A DNA stretch of 64,000 bases from Candidatus Humicultor tengchongensis (GTDB taxonomy: Bacteria; Sysuimicrobiota; Sysuimicrobiia; Sysuimicrobiales; Humicultoraceae), in contig JAVKIA010000002.1 in the NCBI GenBank assembly GCA_031459715.1, positions 596 through 64,595 on the forward strand, written 5' to 3'. The number at the start of each line of letters is the position of its first letter. Within the stretch, counting starts at the first letter, position 1. Below are positions 37,401 to 44,115 of this stretch, one piece after another. A model generated the notes under the pieces. That model did no database searches. It worked only from the letters and a program-made list of their open reading frames with translations, and had not been told where the DNA came from. Both the position numbers and the translations under genes were made by a program.

Positions 37401-38913
37401 CCTCAACCGGGTGGTGGTGGCCAGCTGCACCCCCCGAACCCACGAGCCCATCTTTCGCCAGGCGCTGCGCGAGGCCGGGCTGAACCCCTACCTCTTCGAG
37501 ATGGCCAACATCCGTGACCAGTGCAGCTGGGTGCACGGGGCCGACCCGGCTGCGGCCACGGAGAAGGCGCGGGCCCTGATCGCTGCGGCGGTGGCCCGGG
37601 CGGCGCGACTCGCCCCGCTGCACAAGGTCCCCGTGCCCGTGCGGCACGAGGCCCTGGTCATCGGCGGGGGGATCGCCGGACTCACCGCCGCGCTCAACCT
37701 GGCCGACCAGGGCTTCCCGGTGACGGTGGTGGAGCGGGAGCCCGCGTTGGGCGGGCGGCTGCGGGCTCCTCTGGTAACCTGGGACGGCTCCCACCCGGGG
37801 AGCGCGCTGCAGGCCCTGGTCGACCGGGTGACGGCCCACCCTCTGATTACGGTGCTCACCGGGCACCAGGTGGTCGCCTCCCGGGGCACGGTGGGTAACT
37901 TTGAGACCGCGGTGGCCGGGCCGGGGGGCGAGCGGGTCCTAAGACACGGAGCGACCATCGTGGCCACGGGCCTGCGGGAGTGGCGGCCGGTCCCCTACGG
38001 CGTGGGCGAGGACCCGCGAGTGCTCACCCTGGCGGAGTTCGAGCGCGAGCTGGCCGGGGCGGCGCCGCCGGACGGCGGCGCCGCCGCATCGGTGGTCATG
38101 CTGCTGTGCGCCGGGCCGTGGGATCGCATGCCCTTCTACTGCAGCCGCACCTGCTGCGCCCAGTCACTGGCCGCTGCGCTGGCTTACCGCCGCGCCCACC
38201 CGCAGGCTTCGGTAGCTATCCTGGCGCGCGAGATCCGCACCTACGGGTTCGGGGAGGAAGTCTACCTGGAGGCGCGCCGCGCCGGCGTCCAGGTCTTCCG
38301 CTACGCGCCGGACGACCCGCCGCAGATCTCCCGCACGCCGCAGGGGATCACGGTGACGGTGCGCGACCAGACCCTGGGGGAGGAGGTCACCCTGAAGGCG
38401 GACCGGCTGATCATCTCCCCTGCGTTGATACCCGCAGAAGGCGCGGACGAGCTCTCCACGACCTTCAAAATCCCTGCGACCGCGGAAGGCTTCTTCCTCG
38501 AGGCCCACGTGAAGCTGCGCCCTGTAGACTTCGCCAGCGAAGGGCTCTTCCTCTGCGGGGGGGCGCACTACCCCAAGCCCGTGGGGGAGGCCGTCGCCAG
38601 CGCCCTGGCCGCCGCTGCCCGCGCGGGGACGCTGCTGTGGCGGGACAGCCTGGAGGTGGGGGGCGTGGTGGCCACGGTCGACCGGGACCGCTGCACCTCC
38701 TGCCTGACCTGCCTGCGCCTGTGTGCCTACGACGCCGTCTCCTTCGACGGAGACGGCATTGCGGTGGTCGACCCGGCGCGCTGTCAGGGGTGCGGTCTGT
38801 GCGTGGCCGCCTGCCCCGGGGCCGCCCTTACCCTGACCCACTACACGCGGGAGCAGATGCTGGCCAAGATCGACGCGCTCCTGGGGGCGCCGGAGGCCGC
38901 CCATGCCAGCTGA
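34429..38913 (+). CDS. HdrA-like large flavoprotein (HdrL type): HdrA FAD/Fe-S modules duplicated, with an inserted GltD/NfnB-like NAD(P)H-binding module and a C-terminal ferredoxin domain
   Basis: 1494 aa, GTG start after GGAGGCGG. VVGGGIAGIQAALDLA; GltD-like CPIHQRAQGYV...RVAVVGSGPAGLTAA and VLVLGGGNVG; HdrA thioredoxin-like Cys clusters CVGSRDQRTRYCSAVCCMY and LLCAGPWDRMPFYCSRTCC; second ALVIGGGIAGLTAAL; C-terminal CTSCLTCLRLC and CQGCGLCVAACP. Confidence 0.8.
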   Translation: MSLSVPEGQEGAPAADRTLPVGAVMVVGGGIAGIQAALDLADAGIKVYLVERAPAVGGRMATLDKTFPTNDCAMCILSPKLGAVGRHPNIEILTLAELERLEGVPGDFRATVRRRPRFVDPALCTGCGDCAAVCPVRVPSEFDGGLAARTAVYRLYAQAVPGAYAIEKRGRSPCRDACPIHQRAQGYVALVAQGRYAEAFRVIRMDNPFPGICGRVCNHRCEDACSRGQVDGAVNIAALKRFVADWAYALPRQPVSRLTPTRAERVAVVGSGPAGLTAARDLAALGYAVTVFEALPVPGGMMRVGIPEHRLPAPIVEREIADILDLGVELRCNTRVGHVRELFAAGYAAVFLATGAHRARRLPLPGAHLPGVLVSTDVLQNHRLGKPVPLGQRVLVLGGGNVGFDVARTCLRLGAREVHVACPEAREAMPAHPWEIAAAEEEGVQVHPSTAFVQVVEQDGRATGLLCRRVRSMHFDEARRLHLEVVEGSEHLLEADTIVFAIGLAPDLDLVRGLEGISTTPWGSLQVDPLTQATGYPGLFAGGDVTTGTAFVVDAIAAGHRAARGIDAYLRGIALQPEQAVRVAKLTPEEIATRLARGQIRRQPRLAVHVLPPEVRRASFMEVERGFTEEEARREASRCLACGVCAECLECVLACKRNAINHAEQERVETYRVGAVILAAGVEPFDALQAEAYGVGRFPNVLVGPQFERLLSASGPTQGHIRRPSDGTEPKRIAFLQCVGSRDQRTRYCSAVCCMYATKEAMLAREHLPQAQVTVYYADMRAFGKGFDAYVERAKQQGVRYVRTRVAVLREDPRTRNLRFRVEENGKVREEEADLVVLSVGLTAPRGAAELARTAGVDLNQYGFAATASLSPVRTSRPGVFVAGGFRGPKDIPDSVVEGSAAAAAALALLAPARGTQINPKVYPPEMVLDPQPRIGVFVCHCGSNIAGVVDVQGLAASARTLPGVVLAETSLYNCSADSLERIKQAIAADHLNRVVVASCTPRTHEPIFRQALREAGLNPYLFEMANIRDQCSWVHGADPAAATEKARALIAAAVARAARLAPLHKVPVPVRHEALVIGGGIAGLTAALNLADQGFPVTVVEREPALGGRLRAPLVTWDGSHPGSALQALVDRVTAHPLITVLTGHQVVASRGTVGNFETAVAGPGGERVLRHGATIVATGLREWRPVPYGVGEDPRVLTLAEFERELAGAAPPDGGAAASVVMLLCAGPWDRMPFYCSRTCCAQSLAAALAYRRAHPQASVAILAREIRTYGFGEEVYLEARRAGVQVFRYAPDDPPQISRTPQGITVTVRDQTLGEEVTLKADRLIISPALIPAEGADELSTTFKIPATAEGFFLEAHVKLRPVDFASEGLFLCGGAHYPKPVGEAVASALAAAARAGTLLWRDSLEVGGVVATVDRDRCTSCLTCLRLCAYDAVSFDGDGIAVVDPARCQGCGLCVAACPGAALTLTHYTREQMLAKIDALLGAPEAAHAS

Positions 38914-39331
38914 GCCGCAGATCGTCGCCTTCTGCTGCTTCTACTGCGCCTACGCTGCGGCCGACCTGGCCGGCGTGATGCGCCTCTCCTACCCGCCCAA
39001 TGTGAGGGTCGTCCTCCTGCCGTGCACCGGGGCGATCGACCCCCTCTACGTCCTGCGGGCCTTCGAGGACGGCGCCGACGGGGTCTTCGTCGCCGGGTGC
39101 CTGGAAGGACAGTGCCACTACCAGGTGGGCAACCTGCACGCAAAGAGCCGGGTGCAACGCCTGAAGGCCCTGCTGGACGAGGCCGGCATCGGTGGAGAGC
39201 GCCTGGAGATGTTCAACCTCTCCTCGGCGCAGGGGCCGCGCTTCGCCGAGGTGGCCAGGGAGATGACCGCGCGCATTACCGCGCTGGGGCCCTCGCCCCT
39301 GAACCGGGCGCGGGCGGAGGTGGCGCCGTGA
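38903..39331 (+). CDS. mvhD: methyl-viologen-reducing hydrogenase delta subunit-like protein
   Basis: IVAFCCFYCAYAAADLAG...LPCTGAIDP...VAGCLEGQCHY matches the MvhD signature. 142 aa. Confidence 0.85.
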   Translation: MPAEPQIVAFCCFYCAYAAADLAGVMRLSYPPNVRVVLLPCTGAIDPLYVLRAFEDGADGVFVAGCLEGQCHYQVGNLHAKSRVQRLKALLDEAGIGGERLEMFNLSSAQGPRFAEVAREMTARITALGPSPLNRARAEVAP

Positions 39332-40731
39332 GCACTTTAGGGGTTACCACCACTGGACGTGCTGCTGCCCCTGGTGGGGCTGCTACAACCGGGCCTGGAC
39401 GCCCCGGGCTCTCTTTGGCCGAGGAGGTCCGCCGGGAGAGTGGCCAGGACCTCTCGCTCTGCTTCCAGTGCAAGGTCTGTACCAGCGGCTGTCCGCTGGC
39501 CGGAGTCATGGATCTGGCCCCCCACGCCGTGGTGCGCGCGCTGCAGCTGGGGCGGGAGGAGCGGCTGCTGGCCGCCAACAGCTTCTGGATCTGCGCCTGC
39601 TGCCAGGCCTGCACGGCCCGCTGCCCCCAGGGGATCGACCTGGCCCGGGTCATGGACGCGCTGCGCATGGCGGCCAGGCGACGGCGCGTGCGCGCCGCCG
39701 TGCCGGAAGCGCCCATCTTCACCCAGGCGGCGGTGCGCTCCATCCACCTCTTCGGCCGCCTCTACGAGGCCGGCGTGGGGCTGGAGATCAACCTGCGCAC
39801 CCGCCGCCCCCTGCGCCAGCGACAGATGGCCCTGCGCATGCTGCGCGCGGGGAAGCTCCGCCTCCTCCCCGAGCGGGCGGGCCGCGCGGTGCGCCGTCCG
39901 GCCCCGGCAGGGGCCATCGCCTACTACCCCGGCTGCGCCCTGCACGCCAGCGCCCGCGAGTACGACATTTCCGCCCGGGCCACCTGTGCGGCCCTGGGCC
40001 TGCAGCTCCAGGAGATCCAGGGGTGGCGCTGCTGCGGGACCACCGCCGCGCACCAGTGGTCGCACCGGCTGGCCGTGGAGCTGCCGCTGGCGAACCTGGC
40101 GCTGGCGGCGCGGGACGGCTTCTCCACCGTTACCGCCCCCTGCGTGGCCTGCTTCTCCCGCCTGCGCCACGCCCAGGCTGAGGTCCCGGATCGGGCTCCC
40201 AGCGGGCTGCGGGTCCAGCACCTGCTGCACACCTTCCTGGAAGTCGGGACGGCAGCCATCCGCTCCCGGGTGAGGCGGCCGCTGCGCGGGCTGCGCGTGG
40301 CCTGTTACTACGGGTGCCTCCTCACCAGGCCGCCGCAGGTTACCGGGGCCACCCACCCGGAGAACCCCAGGGAGATGGAGGAGCTGGTCGAGGCTCTGGG
40401 AGCGGAGGCGGTGTCCTGGTCGTACAAGACCGAGTGCTGCGGCGCGGGGCATGCACTGGTGCGGCCGGACCTGGTCGTCGACCTGGTCGGCCGTATCCTC
40501 GCCGACGCCCAGGCGGCCGGCGCGGAGGCGCTGGCGGTGGCCTGCCCTCTGTGCCAGCACAACCTGGACGTCCGCCAGGAGGAGGCGGTGCGCGTTGCTG
40601 AACTTCCTGCCATGCCGGTCTTCTTCTTCACGCAGCTGGTGGCTCTGGCCTTCGGTCTGGAGACACAGGCGGCGCTGGACCGGCTGCTGGTGGACCCTCG
40701 GCCGCTGCTGCGTATGCGCGGGCTGATCTGA
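39328..40731 (+). CDS. heterodisulfide reductase HdrC-HdrB fusion (two 4Fe-4S then two CCG domains)
   Basis: CFQCKVCTSGCP and CACCQACTARCP (HdrC). CCG-domain motifs YYPGCALHAS, WRCCGT, CYYGCLLTRP, KTECCGAGH (HdrB). GTGA overlap with mvhD. Confidence 0.8.
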   Translation: MSTLGVTTTGRAAAPGGAATTGPGRPGLSLAEEVRRESGQDLSLCFQCKVCTSGCPLAGVMDLAPHAVVRALQLGREERLLAANSFWICACCQACTARCPQGIDLARVMDALRMAARRRRVRAAVPEAPIFTQAAVRSIHLFGRLYEAGVGLEINLRTRRPLRQRQMALRMLRAGKLRLLPERAGRAVRRPAPAGAIAYYPGCALHASAREYDISARATCAALGLQLQEIQGWRCCGTTAAHQWSHRLAVELPLANLALAARDGFSTVTAPCVACFSRLRHAQAEVPDRAPSGLRVQHLLHTFLEVGTAAIRSRVRRPLRGLRVACYYGCLLTRPPQVTGATHPENPREMEELVEALGAEAVSWSYKTECCGAGHALVRPDLVVDLVGRILADAQAAGAEALAVACPLCQHNLDVRQEEAVRVAELPAMPVFFFTQLVALAFGLETQAALDRLLVDPRPLLRMRGLI

Positions 40732-40741
40732 GGAGGCGAGT

Positions 40742-41368
40742 ATGTACCCCGAGATGTCCGTCGACGCGTTCCTGGCCCGGCTGGCCTCGGCGGACCCCGA
40801 GCCAGGCGGAGGGGCGGCGGCCGCGCTGACTGCGGCCACGGGTGCGGCCCTGGTCAGCATGGTGGCCAACCTGACGCTGGGCAAGGAGAAGTTCGCAGCG
40901 GTGCAACAGGAGATGGAACAGGCGCGCAGCCGGGCCGAATCCCTGCGCGCCGCCCTGCTGGCGGCCGTCGACCAGGACGCCGAGTCCTTCCGGCGGGTGA
41001 TGGATGCCTACCGACTGCCGCGTCAGACCGAGGAGGAGAAGGCTGCGCGCAAGCAGGCCATCCAGCAGGCCCTGCGCCAGGCCACGGCTGCGCCCCGGGA
41101 GGTGGTCCGGCTGTGCCGCGAGGTGGCGGGCTGGAGCCGGGAGACCGCGGAGAAAGGGAACCCGCAGGTGATCACCGATGCCGCCATTGCCGGTGTCCTG
41201 GCCGAGGCGGCCGCGCAGAGCGCCGCGCTGAACGTGCGCATCAACCTGGGACCGATCGGTGATCCGGCCTTCACCGAACCCCTGTGGGCGGAGATCCAGG
41301 AGGACCTGGAGGCGATCCGGAGCGTGCGCGACCAGGTGCTGCGGTTCACCTACGAGAAGCTGGGGTGA
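40742..41368 (+). CDS. fchA: methenyltetrahydrofolate cyclohydrolase (cyclodeaminase/cyclohydrolase family)
   Basis: FLARLASADPEPGGGAAAALTAATGAALVSMVANLT matches the FTCD_C family N-terminal signature. Confidence 0.8.
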   Translation: MYPEMSVDAFLARLASADPEPGGGAAAALTAATGAALVSMVANLTLGKEKFAAVQQEMEQARSRAESLRAALLAAVDQDAESFRRVMDAYRLPRQTEEEKAARKQAIQQALRQATAAPREVVRLCREVAGWSRETAEKGNPQVITDAAIAGVLAEAAAQSAALNVRINLGPIGDPAFTEPLWAEIQEDLEAIRSVRDQVLRFTYEKLG

Positions 41369-41373
41369 GGAGC

Positions 41374-42321
41374 GTGGCGGACGTCATCGACGGGGCGGCT
41401 ATCGCCGAGGAGCTGAAGGCGGAGCTGCGGGCGGAGGTGGCGGCGCTGGCAGAGCGGGACACCACTCCCGGTGTGGCTACGGTGCTGGTGGGTGAGGACT
41501 ACGGGGCGAAGATGTACCGCCGCCAGATTGAGCGCCTGGCGGCAGAGGTAGGGCTGGCCTACCGCGACGTCACCCTGCCCGGGCAGTCGCCCCTGGAGGA
41601 CGTTCTGACCAGTGTGCGCGCCCTCAACCAGGACCCGGGGGTGCACGGGATCCTCCCTCTGCGGCCCTTGCCCAAAGGGATGGAGGGGCCGGTTCTGGAG
41701 GCCCTCCACCCGGCCAAGGACATCGACTGTCTACACCCCATCAACGCGGGCAGGCTGGCCCTGGGCCAGCCCTCCGTCTACCCGGCCACCCCCTGGGCCT
41801 GCTATGTGCTCCTGGAGCGGTACTTCGCCCGGAAGGGTCTGGACCCGAAGACCGTCTTCGAGGGCAAGGAGCTGGTCATCGTGGGGCGCAGCAACATCGT
41901 GGGCAAGCCGGCCTACTTCCTGGCCCTGGAGCGCAACGCCACCACCACCACCGTCCACTCCTTCACCTGGCGGGCCGGCAACCTGCCGGCGCACACGCGG
42001 CGGGCGGACATACTCATCGTGGCCATGGGGAAGGCGGAGTTCATCAAAGGCGACATGGTGAAGCCCGGGGCGGTTGTGGTGGACGTGGGGATCAACATGA
42101 TCCCTGTGCTGGACGCATCCGGCAATCCCGTGGTGGACGAGAAGGGACGCCCCAGGCGCAAGACGGTGGGCGATGTGGCCTTCGAGGAGGTGAAGGAGGT
42201 GGCCGGGGCCATCACCCCGGTGCCCGGAGGCGTGGGCTCGGTGACCAACGTCCTGCTGATGAGGAACGTCGTACGGGCAGCGGCCGCGGCTGCCGCCGCG
42301 GCGCAGGTGGGTGGACGATGA
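41374..42321 (+). CDS. folD: bifunctional methylene-THF dehydrogenase/methenyl-THF cyclohydrolase
   Basis: IDGAAIAEELKAELRAEVA, VLVGEDYGAKMYRR (Tyr-x-x-x-Lys), GILPLRPLP, VIVGRSNIVGKP. GTG start. Confidence 0.9.
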   Translation: MADVIDGAAIAEELKAELRAEVAALAERDTTPGVATVLVGEDYGAKMYRRQIERLAAEVGLAYRDVTLPGQSPLEDVLTSVRALNQDPGVHGILPLRPLPKGMEGPVLEALHPAKDIDCLHPINAGRLALGQPSVYPATPWACYVLLERYFARKGLDPKTVFEGKELVIVGRSNIVGKPAYFLALERNATTTTVHSFTWRAGNLPAHTRRADILIVAMGKAEFIKGDMVKPGAVVVDVGINMIPVLDASGNPVVDEKGRPRRKTVGDVAFEEVKEVAGAITPVPGGVGSVTNVLLMRNVVRAAAAAAAAAQVGGR

Positions 42322-44084
42322 CGGCTACGGCTGAGGTCGCAGAGCTGAGCCAGGCCGCGCGCCAGGAGATCCTCCGACTGAGCGAGCTTTACCAGCAGCC
42401 CCGCTCCGCCCTGCTCCCGGCACTCTTCGTGGCTCAGGCGGAGTCGGGATACCTCTCGCCCCCGGCGCTGGCAGCCGTTGCCCAGACGCTCAACCTGCCC
42501 CTGGCCCAGGTGGTCTCTGCGGCTTCGTTCTACAACCTCTTGACCCTGCGACCCGCAGGGCGCAAGACCGTCCGCGTCTGCACCAGCATCTCCTGCATGC
42601 TCGCCGGCTGCACGGCCATACTGGAGTGCCTGCAGGACACACTGGGGATCCGTACAGGCCAGACCACTCCGGACGGAGAGTTCACACTGCAGGTTGCAGA
42701 GTGTCTGGCCGCCTGTAACGAAGCCCCGGTGTTGATGCTGGACGAGGAGCTGTGGGCAGGGGTGAAGGCGGAGGAGGTGGCCGGGATCCTCGGCGGCCGT
42801 GCCGGACGGGCGCCCAGACCGGGACCGTCATTGGGAGGCAGGCGCCCTCCAGATGGGTCGATCCTGCTGAAGTGGATCGGCGATGGTTCTGGGCGCGACC
42901 TGGACGCCTACTGCCGGGCGGGCGGCTACGAAGCGGCTCGCCGCGTGGCCACCGAGCTGACTGCGGACCAGGTGATCGAACAGGTGACGGCCTCCGGCCT
43001 GCGGGGCAAAGGAGGTGCCGGATTTCCTGCCGGACAGAAATGGAAGTTCATCCCGCGAACGGCGCCAGTCAAGTTCCTGGTGGCCAACGGCGACGAGGGG
43101 GAACCCGGCACCTTCAAGGACCGGACGCTGCTCGAGGGGTGCCCGCATCTGTTGATCGAGGGTATCCTGATTGCCGCAGTGGCCATTGGCGCGGCCAAGG
43201 CATATGTGTACCTGCGCGGGGAGTTCGCCGCCGGTCGCCGGCTGCTGGAGAACGCCCTGGCCCAGGCCCGTGCCGCCGGCTTCGTCGGGAACGGCATCTT
43301 CGGCAGCCCCCACTCGGTGGAGATCGTGGTCCACTCCGGAGGCGGTGCCTACATCGCCGGCGAGGAATCGGCGCTGCTGGAGTCCCTGGAGGGCCGCCCG
43401 GCCCTACCGCGGGTCCGGCCTCCGTTCCCGGCGCAGGCCGGGTTCTACCGCCAGCCGACGCTGGTCCACAATGTGGAGACTCTATGTCACCTCCCTGCGA
43501 TCATCACGCTGGGGCCGGAGCGCTACAGGTCGCTGGGACCTCCCGCCTTGTTCTCTGTGAGCGGTTGCGTGGCCCGGCCCGGGGTGTATGAAGCGCCGCT
43601 GGGGGTGACCCTGCGCTCGCTGACCTTCGACTACGCCGGTGGCCTGCGCCCCGGACGCCGCTTCAAGGCGGCATTCCCCGGAGGGCCGTCCACCATGCTG
43701 CTGACCGAGGCGGACCTGGACATCCCGCTGGACTACGACAGCCTGCGCCGGGCCGGCAGCATGCTCGGCTCGGCCGCTGTGATCGTCATGGATGAAGCCA
43801 CAGACATGGTGCGGGTTGCGGCGCGCGCGGCCCAGTTCTACCGTCACGAGTCATGCGGCAAGTGCACCCCCTGCCGCATCGGGACCCAGCAGATGGCCCG
43901 CCTCCTTGGCGGGATCGTTGAGGGCCAGGGGCGGCCCGGGGACCTGCAACGTCTGGAGGGACTCGCCCGCAGCCTGCGCCTGACCTCTCTCTGCGGGCTG
44001 GGGCAGACGGCAGGCAACGCGGTCGGGGGCACCCTGCGGCATTTTCCGGAGGAATATGCGCACTATGTCCGCGGTCACGCCTGA
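42318..44084 (+). CDS. fused NuoE-like (2Fe-2S) / NuoF-like (FMN, NAD(P)H, 4Fe-4S) diaphorase subunit of NAD(P)-linked formate dehydrogenase/hydrogenase type
   Basis: VCTSISCMLAGC...CLAACNEAP (NuoE). GLRGKGGAGFPAGQKW, ANGDEGEPGTFKDR, ESCGKCTPCR (NuoF). ATGA overlap with folD. Confidence 0.85.
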   Translation: MTATAEVAELSQAARQEILRLSELYQQPRSALLPALFVAQAESGYLSPPALAAVAQTLNLPLAQVVSAASFYNLLTLRPAGRKTVRVCTSISCMLAGCTAILECLQDTLGIRTGQTTPDGEFTLQVAECLAACNEAPVLMLDEELWAGVKAEEVAGILGGRAGRAPRPGPSLGGRRPPDGSILLKWIGDGSGRDLDAYCRAGGYEAARRVATELTADQVIEQVTASGLRGKGGAGFPAGQKWKFIPRTAPVKFLVANGDEGEPGTFKDRTLLEGCPHLLIEGILIAAVAIGAAKAYVYLRGEFAAGRRLLENALAQARAAGFVGNGIFGSPHSVEIVVHSGGGAYIAGEESALLESLEGRPALPRVRPPFPAQAGFYRQPTLVHNVETLCHLPAIITLGPERYRSLGPPALFSVSGCVARPGVYEAPLGVTLRSLTFDYAGGLRPGRRFKAAFPGGPSTMLLTEADLDIPLDYDSLRRAGSMLGSAAVIVMDEATDMVRVAARAAQFYRHESCGKCTPCRIGTQQMARLLGGIVEGQGRPGDLQRLEGLARSLRLTSLCGLGQTAGNAVGGTLRHFPEEYAHYVRGHA

Positions 44085-44115
44085 ACCGATGCGGTAGGAA
44101 GAAGGTTGAGAGGAG

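Noticed and set aside
39022-39327. Longer 569-aa version of the hdrCB gene starting at 39022
   Set aside because: That start lies inside mvhD in another frame. The GTG at 39328 overlapping the mvhD stop (GTGA) gives a product beginning just before the first 4Fe-4S motif.
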